The notes below the pieces were generated by a model that was not told the DNA's origin, ran no database searches, and saw nothing but the letters and a program-made list of their open reading frames with translations. From an uncultured Actinomycetes bacterium (GTDB lineage Bacteria > Actinomycetota > Thermoleophilia > UBA2241): 64,000 nucleotides of DNA. Position numbers and translations under genes: made by a program. Each line of letters opens with the position of its first letter. Positions within the stretch are counted from its first letter, which is position 1. Shown here in pieces: positions 20,769 to 33,795 of this stretch. The stretch covers positions 256,001 through 320,000 of the forward strand of contig CAVYCN010000002.1 of assembly GCA_963767005.1 (NCBI GenBank), in the 5' to 3' direction.

Positions 20769-20772
<4 letters not shown>
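20191..20772 (+). CDS. queH: Epoxyqueuosine reductase QueH (DUF208)
   Basis: HACCGPCS, NPNVQP, CxxC, LYRQRWCGC; adjacent to queA/tgt. Confidence 0.88.
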
Positions 20773-23625
<2,853 letters not shown>

Positions 23626-23673
23626 CGGCCGGCCCGATCCGCAGGTGACGCGGCGGTCCCACGACAGTGACGC

Positions 23674-23732
23674 GTGACGAGGGGCGCGGCGGCGGGGCAT
23701 TCGTGATGCCCCGCCGCCGCGCCCCTCGTCAC
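23674..23732. terminator. 27-bp perfect hairpin between yajC and parA
   Basis: gtgacgaggggcgcggcggcggggcat-tcgtg-atgccccgccgccgcgcccctcgtcac. Confidence 0.6.
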
Positions 23733-23900
23733 AGGCACAGCCACACGTCCGGCGGCGCCTCGGGCGCAGGTGGCGAGACCGGTCCGGGGCGTGTCGCCGG
23801 CGGACGGCGGGACGAGGCCGTCGCAGGCGTGGTTTTGCAGGGTTTCCCCGGTGCGGCAAGAATGCTAGCAGGAACCGGTCTCGAGACAGGAGCATGACCC

Positions 23901-24659
23901 ATGGCTCAGGTTCTGGCTTTCGCGAACCAGAAGGGTGGCGTAGCCAAGACGACCTCCACCGTCAATCTCGGCGTGGCCCTGACCGAGATGGGCAAGAGTG
24001 TGCTGGCCGTCGACATGGACCCCCAGGGCAACCTGACCATGAGCCAGGGCATCGACCCCGAGAACCTCGAGAAGAGCATGTACGACGTGCTCGTCCACCG
24101 GTTGCCGATCACCGAGGTCATCCTGAGCAACGAGATCGACGTGGCCTGCTCGACGATCGACCTGGCCGGCGCCGAGATGGCGCTGTCCACGCAGATCGGC
24201 CGCGAGCGGGCCCTCGAGAAGGCGCTGCGCCCGGTGCGCGACCGCTACGATTTCATCCTGATTGACACGCCGCCGTCGCTCGGCCTGCTCACCATCAACG
24301 CGCTCACCGCCGCCGAGGGCGTGATCGTGCCGGTGCAGTGCGAGTACCTGTCGTTGCGCGGTCTGCTGCAGCTCGAGCGCACCCTCGAGATGATCCGCGA
24401 GAACATCAACCCGAAGGTGCGCATCAAGGGCATCCTGCCGACGCTGCTCGATTCGCGCACGATCCACGGGCGCGAATCGATCGAGGTGCTGCGCGAGAAC
24501 TTCGGCGCGCTCGTCTTCGACACGGTGGTGCGCAAGACGATCAAGTTCGCCGAGGCGCCCGTGCAGGGCTCCTCGGTCCTCAAGTACGATCCCAGGGGGA
24601 AGGGTGCCGAGGCGTACCGCAGCCTCGCTCGGGAGGTGCTGAATGGCAAATCGGCCTAG
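23901..24659 (+). CDS. ParA/Soj family ATPase
   Basis: [11 protein letters not shown] deviant Walker [22 protein letters not shown]. Confidence 0.93.
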   Translation: MAQVLAFANQKGGVAKTTSTVNLGVALTEMGKSVLAVDMDPQGNLTMSQGIDPENLEKSMYDVLVHRLPITEVILSNEIDVACSTIDLAGAEMALSTQIGRERALEKALRPVRDRYDFILIDTPPSLGLLTINALTAAEGVIVPVQCEYLSLRGLLQLERTLEMIRENINPKVRIKGILPTLLDSRTIHGRESIEVLRENFGALVFDTVVRKTIKFAEAPVQGSSVLKYDPRGKGAEAYRSLAREVLNGKSA

Positions 24660-25821
24660 CATGCGCGACGGCCTGTCGGAGCTGTTCCGGCGTACCGACG
24701 TCGGTCGCGACCCTGCGCCGCCGGGGGGCGACGCCGACGAGCCGGTCGCGAGGGGCAAGGCCTACGTCACGACCATCAAGGTCGTAGGCGTGGGCGGCGG
24801 CGGCACGAACGCCGTCAACCGCATGGTCGACGCCGGCATCCGCGGCGTCGAGTTCATCGCCGTCAACACCGACTCCCAGGCGCTGCAGGCCTGCGACGCC
24901 GACGTGAAGATCCACGTGGGCCAGGAGATCACGCACGGCCTCGGCGGCGGCGCTGTGCCCGACGTGGGCCGGCAGGCGGTCGAGGTGTCGCGCGACCAGA
25001 TCAAGCAGGCGCTGCGCGGCGCCGACATGGTGTTCGTGACGGCCGGCGAAGGCGGCGGCACCGGCACGGGCGCCGCGCCCGTCATCGCGGCCGTGGCGCG
25101 CGAGATCGGCGCGCTGACCGTCGCCATCGTCACCCGGCCGTTCTCCTTCGAGGGGCGCAAGCGTGAGGCTCAGGCGCAGGCCGGCATCGACGAGCTCAGG
25201 GCGGCGGTCGACACCGTGATCGTCATCCCCAACGACCGCCTCCTGCAGGTGGTCGACCGCACGACCACGATCGTCGAGGCGTTCCGCTACGCCGACGACA
25301 TTTTGCGCCAGGGCGTGCAGGGCATCTGCGACCTGATCACCGTGCCCGGCCTGATCAACCTCGACTTCGCCGACGTGCGCACCATCATGAGAGACGCCGG
25401 CACCGCGCTGATGGGCATCGGCAGCGGCCGCGGCGAGGCGCGCGCCAACGAGGCCGCCCGCATGGCGGTGAGCTCGCCGCTGCTCGAGACCTCGATCAGC
25501 GGGGCACGCGGCATCCTGCTCAACATCACCGGCGGGCGCGACCTCTCGCTCTACGAGGTAAACGAGGCGGCCGGCGAGATCGCCCTCGCCGCCGACGACG
25601 ACGCCAACATCATCTTCGGCGCGGTGGTCGACGAGCGGCTCGAGGGCCTCATGAGCGTGACCGTGATCGCCACGGGGTTCGGCCCAGAGGCCCTGGCCAA
25701 GGCACCGCCGGCACCCTCGCAGCGAGCGATCGAGCCGCTGAGCACGCCCTTCGAGCGGCCGCCCGACTTCGACGCCGGCGACCTCGACATCCCGCCGTTC
25801 GTCCGCCACCCCGACGAGTGA
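24643..25821 (+). CDS. ftsZ: Cell division protein FtsZ with N-terminal extension
   Basis: [28 protein letters not shown]-terminal DLDIPPFVR peptide. Confidence 0.93.
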   Translation: MANRPSMRDGLSELFRRTDVGRDPAPPGGDADEPVARGKAYVTTIKVVGVGGGGTNAVNRMVDAGIRGVEFIAVNTDSQALQACDADVKIHVGQEITHGLGGGAVPDVGRQAVEVSRDQIKQALRGADMVFVTAGEGGGTGTGAAPVIAAVAREIGALTVAIVTRPFSFEGRKREAQAQAGIDELRAAVDTVIVIPNDRLLQVVDRTTTIVEAFRYADDILRQGVQGICDLITVPGLINLDFADVRTIMRDAGTALMGIGSGRGEARANEAARMAVSSPLLETSISGARGILLNITGGRDLSLYEVNEAAGEIALAADDDANIIFGAVVDERLEGLMSVTVIATGFGPEALAKAPPAPSQRAIEPLSTPFERPPDFDAGDLDIPPFVRHPDE

Positions 25822-25858
25822 CGCAGCTCCGCGTGACCGGCGCGCCCAGGACCCGCCT

Positions 25859-26662
25859 GTGAGCCCGGCTGCCCGGGTCGCGGCGCCACCCGGTCCGCTC
25901 GACGGCCTGCACGTCGACCTCGACGTCTTCGATGGTCCCTTCGACCTGCTCGTCACTCTCATCCTGCGCGACGAGGTCGACCTGTGGGAGATCCGCGTGT
26001 CGCGGATCGTGGCCGAGTACATCCTGCGTCTCGCCGAATCCGACGAGTTCGACATCGACGCGACCTCGCACTTCGTGCTGCTGGTCGCCGGGCTGCTCGA
26101 GCTCAAGTCGCGTCGCCTGCTCGACACCGGCCATCCGTTCGAGGAGCTCCTCGAGATCGACGAGGAGACCGCCGGCGAGGAGCTGCTCGCCACCCTGCTG
26201 CGGTTCGCTCGCTTCAAGGGTGCGGCCGAGCGCCTGCGGGAGCGGTTCGACGAACACGCGGGTCGCATCTACCGCACGGCTCCCGTGCCGGAGCGCTTCC
26301 TGCGGACGGCGAGCGCCGGGCCGGCGCTGCCGGTCGGAGCGCTCGCTCGCGCCCTCGAGGTGCTGCTCGCCGAGCCGCCCGCGCCCGACATGCGCCACAT
26401 CACCGACATCGCCGTCACGCTGGTGGCCGAGCTGCGCCGCCTGCGCGACCTGCTGGCGGCCGCCGAGAGCTTCACGTTCTCCGCGGTCGCGCCGCGCGAC
26501 CGGCTCGAGAAGGCGGTCACGTTCTTCGCGCTGCTCGAGCTGCACAACCGCGGCGAGGTGAGCCTGCGGCAGGCGCGGCCCTTCGCCGAGATCACGGTGA
26601 CACGGGCCGCGGCGCCGGCCGTCGTGCGGCCGCCCGATGACGCGGCCGCCGTGGTGGGGTAG
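25859..26662 (+). CDS. scpA: Segregation and condensation protein ScpA
   Basis: FDGPFDLLV, LKSRRLL, TFFALLEL. Confidence 0.92.
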   Translation: MSPAARVAAPPGPLDGLHVDLDVFDGPFDLLVTLILRDEVDLWEIRVSRIVAEYILRLAESDEFDIDATSHFVLLVAGLLELKSRRLLDTGHPFEELLEIDEETAGEELLATLLRFARFKGAAERLRERFDEHAGRIYRTAPVPERFLRTASAGPALPVGALARALEVLLAEPPAPDMRHITDIAVTLVAELRRLRDLLAAAESFTFSAVAPRDRLEKAVTFFALLELHNRGEVSLRQARPFAEITVTRAAAPAVVRPPDDAAAVVG

Positions 26663-26731
26663 GATGGTCGCCTGAGCGACGCCGACCGACTCCCCGCAAG
26701 CTTGCGAGCCTCTGATACCCTCGGACTCCTG

Positions 26732-27307
26732 ATGGACGATATCGCCCGCCGCCTCGAAGCTGTGATCTTCATCGCGCCCCGGCCCGTCGCGCTCGACGAG
26801 CTCGCCGCCGCGTGCGACGAGCCCGGCGAGCGCGTGCGTGAGGGTCTCGAGAGACTGGCGGCAGAGTACGCCGGCGCGCGTCACGGGATCGAGCTTGCCG
26901 AGGTGGCCGGCGGCTGGGCCTTTCGCGTCGCCGCCGACTGCGAGGCGCCGGTCGAACGCTTCGCGGGCGCCCGGCGCCCCGACGACCTCTCGCCAGCCCT
27001 GCTCGAGACGCTCGCCGTGGTCGCCTACCTGCAGCCCACGACCCGCGCCGAGGTCGCTCAGGTGCGCGGCGTCTCGTCGGAGTGGGCCCTGACCTCGCTC
27101 GTCGAGCGCGGCCTGGTCGAGGAGCGCGGCCGCGCGGACACGCCCGGCGCGCCCATCCTCTACGCGACCACCGGACGGTTCCTGCAGCTCTTCGGGCTGC
27201 GCGACCTCGCCGATCTCGACGACCTCGAGGCGTTCGCGCTGTCGGCCGACGAGACCGAGGAGCTGCGCGCCCGGCTGCTGGCCAACGCCGAGCGGAGGCG
27301 ACCGTGA
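26732..27307 (+). CDS. scpB: Segregation and condensation protein ScpB
   Basis: LEAVIF, LSPALLETLAVVAYLQP, RGV, YATT. Confidence 0.93.
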   Translation: MDDIARRLEAVIFIAPRPVALDELAAACDEPGERVREGLERLAAEYAGARHGIELAEVAGGWAFRVAADCEAPVERFAGARRPDDLSPALLETLAVVAYLQPTTRAEVAQVRGVSSEWALTSLVERGLVEERGRADTPGAPILYATTGRFLQLFGLRDLADLDDLEAFALSADETEELRARLLANAERRRP

Positions 27308-28521
27308 GCGACGAGCCGCGCGACGAGACGCGCGACGATCGGCCGGCGAGCGACCCTCAGGGTGGAGGCGCCGGCGGCGAAAGCGGCGCCGGGCCCGAGA
27401 CGCCGGCCGCGGGCGGCCGCGGGCGCGGTCGCCGCGAACGCGGCGGCCGCGGGCGGCGCGGCCGCGGACGCGGCGAGCGCCACGACGAGCGTCGCGACGA
27501 GCGTGCGGGTGAGCAGGCTTCCGCCGCCCGCGCCGGCGAGCGTCGCGAGGAGCGCGCCGACAACAGCCTCGTCGTCTACCTGGCGCGCTCTGGGGTGGGC
27601 TCGCGGCGCCGTTGCGACGAGCTCGTGCGCGAGGGTCACGTCACGGTCGACGGCGCGCCTGTCACGTTCCCCCGCGAGAAGCTTGCCGAGGGCGTCGAAG
27701 TCGTCGTCGACGGCGAGGTCGTCACCCCCCGCGAGTATCGGTACGTGCTCGTCAACAAGCCGCGCGGCGTCGCCTCGACCCGCTACGACCCGCACGCCGA
27801 CAAGGTGCTGGTCGACCTGGTGCCCGACGGACGCGTGCTGTTCCCGGTCGGCCGGCTCGACCTCGACACGACCGGCTTGATCATCCTCACGAACGACGGC
27901 GTGCTGGCCAACCGTCTCATGCATCCCCGCTACGGCGTCAGCAAGACCTACGTGGCGCGAGTGCGTGGCCAGGCCGGCAAGCGCGCGCTCGGCGAGCTGC
28001 GCGACGGCATCGAGCTCGAGGACGGCCGCACGTCGCCGGCCGAGGTGCGGGTCGAAAAGCAGGCCGGGAAGTCGACCGTGGTCGAGCTCACGATCCACGA
28101 GGGCCGCAAACGGCAGGTGCGGCGCATGCTCGCGGCCGTGGGCCTGCCGGTCGAGGAGCTCCACCGCCGCCGCTACGGGCCGATCACCGACAAGAACCTG
28201 AAGATCGGCGCCTGGCGCACGCTGGCGGGCGACGAGGTCGAGGCGTTGCGCCGCGCGGCCGAGGAAGTCGAGCGTAACCTCGAGGGCGACGACCCCGGAC
28301 AGGCCGTCGATCTGGCCGCCCACGACGGCGAGGCCGCCCGCGGCGCGGCCGTCCGCCACGATCGCCCCGCCGACGGCGCGGACGCCGGCGACGATCCCGC
28401 CGATGGCGACGCTGCCGGCGACAGTCGCCCCGCCGACGGCGCGGACGCCGGCGACGATCTTGCCGACGGCGACGCGGCCGGCGACGCCGGCCCCGACACG
28501 CCCGAGCACGGCCTGACGTAG
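27304..28521 (+). CDS. rluB: RluB/RsuA-family rRNA pseudouridine synthase
   Basis: S4 domain (SRRRCDEL), NKPRG, GRLDLDTTGL, EGRKRQVRRM; low-complexity ends. Confidence 0.88.
   Translation: MSDEPRDETRDDRPASDPQGGGAGGESGAGPETPAAGGRGRGRRERGGRGRRGRGRGERHDERRDERAGEQASAARAGERREERADNSLVVYLARSGVGSRRRCDELVREGHVTVDGAPVTFPREKLAEGVEVVVDGEVVTPREYRYVLVNKPRGVASTRYDPHADKVLVDLVPDGRVLFPVGRLDLDTTGLIILTNDGVLANRLMHPRYGVSKTYVARVRGQAGKRALGELRDGIELEDGRTSPAEVRVEKQAGKSTVVELTIHEGRKRQVRRMLAAVGLPVEELHRRRYGPITDKNLKIGAWRTLAGDEVEALRRAAEEVERNLEGDDPGQAVDLAAHDGEAARGAAVRHDRPADGADAGDDPADGDAAGDSRPADGADAGDDLADGDAAGDAGPDTPEHGLT
28363..28488 (+). repeat. 63-bp tandem duplication in the rluB tail
   Basis: RPADGADAGDD(P/L)ADGDAAGD encoded twice, at 28363 and 28426. 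Confidence 0.8.
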
Positions 28522-28591
28522 GCCCCCGGGCGCGAGCGTGGGGCATCGGCTATAATCGCTGTCCGCCCTGCTCGTGGCACCGGAGGGACCT

Positions 28592-28969
28592 GTGATCGAC
28601 GCTCAGAGGACCAGACTGGTCGCCTTGCGCGGCGCGACGACCGTCGACGCCGACTCGCAGAGCGACATCAAGCTGCGCACCGAGGAGCTCCTCACACAGC
28701 TGCTCGAGCGCAACAGCCTGGCGGTCGACGACATCGTGAGCATCCTGTTCACGGCGACGCCCGACCTGCGCTCCGACTTTCCCGCGGCGGCCGCACGGAC
28801 GCTGGGTCTCTCGCACACGCCGCTGCTGTGTGCGCAGGAGATCCCCGTCGAGGGCGCGGTGGAGCGCTGTATCAGGGTGATGATCCACTGCTACGCGCCG
28901 GTGGAGGGCGAGCGCCATCACGTCTATCTGCACGAGGCGCGGCAGTTGCGCCTCGACCTGCCCGCGTGA
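28592..28969 (+). CDS. aroH: Chorismate mutase AroH
   Basis: LRGATT, FPAAAAR, CIRVMIH, HVYL..A..LR.D; TATAAT at 28551 and GGAGGG before the GTG. Confidence 0.92.
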   Translation: MIDAQRTRLVALRGATTVDADSQSDIKLRTEELLTQLLERNSLAVDDIVSILFTATPDLRSDFPAAAARTLGLSHTPLLCAQEIPVEGAVERCIRVMIHCYAPVEGERHHVYLHEARQLRLDLPA

Positions 28970-29018
28970 GCGCGGCGGGCACGAGGGCGGCGCGCCGACC
29001 GAGGAGGGACCGCTGAGC

Positions 29019-30035
29019 ATGCTGATCGTCATGCAGGAGGGCGCGACCGACGAGCAGATCGCGCACGTGGTCGCGCGCATCGAAGAGGTCGGCGCGAGCG
29101 CCCACGTGTCGGTCGGCGAGCGCGTCGCCGTGATCGGCGCGCTCGGCGATCGCGAGGAGCTCGCCGGCGTGCCGCTCGAGGCGTGCCCCGGCGTCGACCG
29201 GGTGGTCGCCGTCCTCAAGCCCTACAAGCTCGTCGGTCGCGAGTTCCACCCCCACGACACGGTCGTCGAGGTGCGCGGCAAGCGCGTCGGTGGCGGCCAC
29301 TTCGGCCTGATCGCGGGGCCCTGCTCGGTCGAGACCGAGCAGCAGGTCATGGCCGCGGCGCGCGCCGTGGCCGCCGCCGGCGGCACCATGCTGCGCGGCG
29401 GCGCCTTCAAGCCGCGCTCGTCGCCGTACGCCTTTCAGGGCCTCGGCGTCGACGGCCTCAAGATCCTGGCCGCGGCGCGCGACGAGACCGGCCTGCCGAT
29501 CGTCACCGAGCTCATGGACCCGCGCGACCTCGACGACCTGCTCGAGTTCGCCGACGTCGTGCAGATCGGCGCCCGCAACATGCAGAACTTCCAGCTCCTG
29601 TCCGAGGTGGGGCGCTGCGACGCGCCGGTGCTCCTCAAGCGCGGCCTGGCGGCCACGATCGAGGAGTGGCTGATGGCGGCCGAGTACATCGTCAAGGAGG
29701 GCAACCGCCAGGTGATCCTCTGCGAGCGTGGCATCCGCACGTTCGAGACGGCCACCCGCAACACGCTCGACCTGAGCGCCGTGCCGATGGTGCGCCTGGC
29801 CAGCCACCTGCCGGTGATCGTCGATCCGAGTCACGCGACCGGGCGCCCCGATCTCGTGCTGCCGCTGTCGCTGGCGGCCGTCGCCGCCGGCGCCGACGGC
29901 GTGCTGGTCGAGACGCACCCCAACCCCGAGCACGCGCTCTGCGACGGTCCGCAGTCGCTCCCGCCGGCGGCCTTCGCCGAGTTCGCCGAGCGTGTGGCCG
30001 AGCTGGTCCGCTGGACCGGCAAGGCCCTGTCCTAG
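29019..30035 (+). CDS. aroF: DAHP synthase, type I-beta, with N-terminal regulatory domain
   Basis: IAGPCSVE, RGGAFKPRSSPY, IGARNMQN, DPSH. Confidence 0.93.
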   Translation: MLIVMQEGATDEQIAHVVARIEEVGASAHVSVGERVAVIGALGDREELAGVPLEACPGVDRVVAVLKPYKLVGREFHPHDTVVEVRGKRVGGGHFGLIAGPCSVETEQQVMAAARAVAAAGGTMLRGGAFKPRSSPYAFQGLGVDGLKILAAARDETGLPIVTELMDPRDLDDLLEFADVVQIGARNMQNFQLLSEVGRCDAPVLLKRGLAATIEEWLMAAEYIVKEGNRQVILCERGIRTFETATRNTLDLSAVPMVRLASHLPVIVDPSHATGRPDLVLPLSLAAVAAGADGVLVETHPNPEHALCDGPQSLPPAAFAEFAERVAELVRWTGKALS

Positions 30036-30042
30036 GGTCGTC

Positions 30043-31161
30043 GTGGCCACGCGGCCGGGCTCGGGCGCCGTCGTCGCCGTCGTCGGCGTCGGTCTCATGG
30101 GCGGCTCGCTGGGGCTCGCCGCCCGCGAGCTGGCCGGCGTGCGCCGCGTGGTGGGGTACAGTCGCAGCTCCGAGACCGTGCGTGCCGCGCTCGAGCTGGG
30201 CGCGATCACCGAGGCGGCGGCCAGCCTCGAAGAGGCCGCCGCCGCCGCCGACCTCGTCTTCGTGTGCACGCCGGTGCGCCTGGTCGTGTCGCACGTGCGC
30301 CGCGCCCACGCGGTCGCCGGGCCCGACGCCGTGGTGAGCGACGTGGGCAGCACCAAGGCCATGCTCATGGACACCCTGACCGCCGACGAGCAGCGTCGCT
30401 GCGTGGGCGGCCATCCGCTGTGCGGCTCAGAGACGGCCGGCGTGCGCAACGCCCGCGCCTCGCTGTACGAGGGCGCGACCTACTTTCTGACGCCGGGCGC
30501 CCATGTGAGCCCGGCCGCTTTCCAGCGCCTCTACGACTTCCTGCTGCAGATCGGGGCGCGGCCGGTGGCGGTCGAGCCGCACGAGCACGACCGCGTGCTG
30601 GCGCTGGTGAGTCACCTGCCCCACGTGCTGGCCAACGTGCTCATGACCCAGGCCGGCGAGCACGAGGGCTCGCGCGACCCCCTGCTGTGCGCCGGACCGA
30701 GCTTTCGCGACATGACCCGCATCGCCGGCAGCAACGCGCGCGTGTGGGCCGACATCTTCCTCGAGAACCGCGAGGCGCTGCTCGCCGCCCTCAGCGGCTA
30801 CCGCGAGGGGCTCGACGACCTGACTCGCGCGCTCGAGGCGGCCGACGAGCAGCGCCTGACGGCCTTCGTTGGCCGGGCCGCCCTGCAGCGCCAGCGCATG
30901 CTCGCCGCCGAGAGCCTCGCCGCCGAGAAACTCTTCCGCATCATGGTGAAGCTGCCCGACCGTCCCGGACAGCTCCAGCGCATCACTGTGGCGCTCGGCG
31001 ATGCCGCCATCAACATCGAGGACCTCGCCCTGCATCACATGAGCGCCGAGCTGGGCGGCGAGCTCACCGTGTACGTGCTCGGGACCGAGGTGTGCGAGCG
31101 CGCCACGACGCTGCTCGAGGGGCTCGGCTACCAGGTCACGAGCGGGCGCGGCGTGCAGTGA
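30043..31161 (+). CDS. tyrA: Prephenate dehydrogenase with ACT domain
   Basis: GVGLMGGS, DVGSTK, GGHPLCGSE, SHLPH, FRDMTRIA, DRPG. Confidence 0.92.
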   Translation: MATRPGSGAVVAVVGVGLMGGSLGLAARELAGVRRVVGYSRSSETVRAALELGAITEAAASLEEAAAAADLVFVCTPVRLVVSHVRRAHAVAGPDAVVSDVGSTKAMLMDTLTADEQRRCVGGHPLCGSETAGVRNARASLYEGATYFLTPGAHVSPAAFQRLYDFLLQIGARPVAVEPHEHDRVLALVSHLPHVLANVLMTQAGEHEGSRDPLLCAGPSFRDMTRIAGSNARVWADIFLENREALLAALSGYREGLDDLTRALEAADEQRLTAFVGRAALQRQRMLAAESLAAEKLFRIMVKLPDRPGQLQRITVALGDAAINIEDLALHHMSAELGGELTVYVLGTEVCERATTLLEGLGYQVTSGRGVQ

Positions 31162-32501
31162 GCGGACAGGCCGACGACAGGCCGCAAGCGGCGGCCGCTC
31201 GGAGCGGCGCCGACGTCGTCACGTTCCGGCCGGCGGGGCCGCTGCGCGGCACGGTGCGCGCCCCGGGCGACAAGTCCATCACCCAGCGCGCCCTGCTGAT
31301 CGCCGCCGTCTGCGATGGTCCCGTGGTCGTCGAGGACCCCGTGTGGGCGGGCGACCCGCTCGCCACCGCGGGCATGGTCACGGCCCTGGGCGCCGCGGTC
31401 GACGGCCTCGCCGGCCGCGAGCGCCGCGCCGTCGTCCACGGCGTCGGCCTGCGCGGCCTGCGCGCGCCGGCGGGGCCGCTCGACGCCGGCAACTCGGGCA
31501 CCGGCATGCGCCTGCTGGCCGGCCTGCTGGCCGGCCAGCGCGGCAGGTTCGTGGTCGACGGCGACGCCTCGCTGCGCCGCCGACCGATGGGCCGCATCGT
31601 CGCGCCGCTGCGCGCCATGGGGGCGCGTATCGCGGCCCGTGACGGCGACCTCGCGCCGCTTGCGATCGAGGGTGGGCCGCTCACCGGCGTGCGCCACGAG
31701 TCGCCGGTGGCGAGCGCCCAGGTGAAGTCGTGCTTGCTGCTCGCCGGCCTGCTGGCCGAGGGCGAGACCGTGGTCGCCGAACCGGCGCCCAGCCGTGATC
31801 ACACCGAGCGCATGCTGGCGGCGGCGGGGGCGGCGCCGCGCCGGCGCGGCGCCGAGGTCGCGGTGCGCGGCGTCGAGCGCCTGTCGCTCGAGCGGGTCGT
31901 CGTGCCCGGCGACCTGTCGTCGGCCGCGTTCCTCGTGGCCGCCGCGCTGCTCGTGCCCGGCTCGCACCTGCGCGTCACCGACGTCGGCCTCAACCCGACG
32001 CGGCTCGGGTTCCTCGAAGTCGTGCGTCGCATGGGCGCTGCTGTGAGCTGGAGCGTGACCGGCGACGACGGCGGCGAGCCGCGCGGCGAGCTCGAGGTGC
32101 GCGCGTCCGCGTTGCACGGCACGACGGTGGCCGCCGCCGAGACGCCGGCGCTGATCGACGAGGTCACCCTCGTGGCGCTGCTCGGCTGCTTCGCCGAAGG
32201 CGACACGTTCGTGGCCGGGGTGGCCGACCTGCGCGCCAAAGAGAGCGACCGGCTCACGGCCATCGTCGAGATCGTGCGCGATCTCGGCGGTCGGGCCGAG
32301 GCGAGCGCCGACGAGCTGCGCGTGAGCGGCGCCCGGCCGCGCGGCGGCGCCGTCGACAGCCGCGGCGACCACCGTCTGGCGATGCTCGGCGCCGTCGCCG
32401 GCCTGTCCTGCCCCGACGGCGTCCGCGTGAGCGGGTTCTCGGCGTCCGCCGTCACGTTCCCGGGTTTCGTCGACTGCCTCGCGGAGGTGCTCCCTTCATG
32501 A
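31158..32501 (+). CDS. aroA: EPSP synthase
   Basis: PGDKSI, DAGNSGT, ASAQVKS, RDHTERML, KESDRL, DHRLAM. Confidence 0.95.
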   Translation: MSGQADDRPQAAAARSGADVVTFRPAGPLRGTVRAPGDKSITQRALLIAAVCDGPVVVEDPVWAGDPLATAGMVTALGAAVDGLAGRERRAVVHGVGLRGLRAPAGPLDAGNSGTGMRLLAGLLAGQRGRFVVDGDASLRRRPMGRIVAPLRAMGARIAARDGDLAPLAIEGGPLTGVRHESPVASAQVKSCLLLAGLLAEGETVVAEPAPSRDHTERMLAAAGAAPRRRGAEVAVRGVERLSLERVVVPGDLSSAAFLVAAALLVPGSHLRVTDVGLNPTRLGFLEVVRRMGAAVSWSVTGDDGGEPRGELEVRASALHGTTVAAAETPALIDEVTLVALLGCFAEGDTFVAGVADLRAKESDRLTAIVEIVRDLGGRAEASADELRVSGARPRGGAVDSRGDHRLAMLGAVAGLSCPDGVRVSGFSASAVTFPGFVDCLAEVLPS

Positions 32502-33163
32502 CCGTCATCGCCATCGACGGACCGGCCGGCTCGGGCAAGAGCACGCTGGCCCGGCTGCTCGCCGAACGCCTCGGCTACGCCTACCTGGACACCGGCGCGA
32601 TGTACCGCGCGATCGCCTACCTCGCCCTGCGGGACGGTGTCGCCACCGACGACGGTGCCTCCCTCGCCGCGCTCGCGCGCGAGGCGCACATCGCCTTCCG
32701 CCCCGACGGCCGCATCATCGCGGCCGACCGCGACGTGAGCGAGGAGATCAGGCGGCCGGCGGTGTCGGCGGCCGTGTCCGAGGTGTCGGCCCACGCCGAG
32801 GTCCGTGCCGTGCTGCTCGACGAGCAGCGCCGTATCGGCGCCGTGCAGGACATCGTGATCGAAGGTCGCGACATCGGCACGGTGGTGTTCCCCGACGCGC
32901 CGGTCAAGCTGTTCCTCACGGCGACGCCCGAGATCCGGGCCGAACGCCGGCGCCGTGAGCTGATCGCCGGCGGCGAGCACGTCGGCGCCGACGAGACCCT
33001 GCGCGCCATCGTGGCGCGTGACGCCTTCGACTCGCAGCGCCCCGTGGCGCCGCTGCGGCCCGCGACCGACGCCATCGAGCTCGACACCTCGACGCTCGAC
33101 ATCGGCCAGGTCGTCGAGCGCGCCCGTGAGGTCGTGCTCGCGCGACTCGGGGGCAGCCGATGA
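32498..33163 (+). CDS. cmk: Cytidylate kinase
   Basis: IAIDGPAGSGKST, DTGAMYR, EGRDIGT. Confidence 0.96.
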   Translation: MTVIAIDGPAGSGKSTLARLLAERLGYAYLDTGAMYRAIAYLALRDGVATDDGASLAALAREAHIAFRPDGRIIAADRDVSEEIRRPAVSAAVSEVSAHAEVRAVLLDEQRRIGAVQDIVIEGRDIGTVVFPDAPVKLFLTATPEIRAERRRRELIAGGEHVGADETLRAIVARDAFDSQRPVAPLRPATDAIELDTSTLDIGQVVERAREVVLARLGGSR

Positions 33164-33795
33164 GAAACGTGCCGCTCTACGTGCCCGAGGACGGCTGGTT
33201 CTACCGCACGGTGCGCATCGTCTCGGGCCTCTCGCTGTGTCAGGTCTACCGGCTCAGCTGCGAGGGCGCCGAGAACCTGCCGGCGAAGGGCCCGGCCATC
33301 ATCGCGTCCAACCACAAGAGCGAGCTCGACCCCTTCTTCGTGGGGCACGCCTTCCCTCGGCCGGTGCGCTACTTCGCCAAGTCGGAGCTGTTCGGCAACC
33401 GGGCCCTGCGCTGGGCGGTTACCGAGCTCGGCGCCATCCCGGTGCGGCGCGGCGAGAGCGACCGCCAGGCCCTGCAGATGGCGCTCGACGCGCTCGCCCG
33501 GGGCGACGCCATGATCATCTACCCCGAGGGTCACCGCATGCGCGACGACCGCGTCCACGAGTTCCTGCCCGGAGTGGGCATGCTCGCCCTGCGCAGCGGC
33601 GCGCCGGTCGTGCCGGTCGCCCTGCGCGGCAGCGGTGAGCTGCTGCGCGACGGCCGGCCGGCGTTCCCGGTCGTGCGACTCAAAGCCGGTCCGGTGGTCG
33701 ACCTTTCGGGCCTCGAGGGGAAGAAGAGCGCCATGTACGCTCAGGCCGCCGATCGCATCCGCCGGGCCGTCGAGGCGCTCTATGAGACCGTCTGA
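33160..33795 (+). CDS. plsC: 1-acylglycerol-3-phosphate acyltransferase
   Basis: SNHKSELD, FAKSELF, YPEGHR. Confidence 0.88.
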   Translation: MRNVPLYVPEDGWFYRTVRIVSGLSLCQVYRLSCEGAENLPAKGPAIIASNHKSELDPFFVGHAFPRPVRYFAKSELFGNRALRWAVTELGAIPVRRGESDRQALQMALDALARGDAMIIYPEGHRMRDDRVHEFLPGVGMLALRSGAPVVPVALRGSGELLRDGRPAFPVVRLKAGPVVDLSGLEGKKSAMYAQAADRIRRAVEALYETV

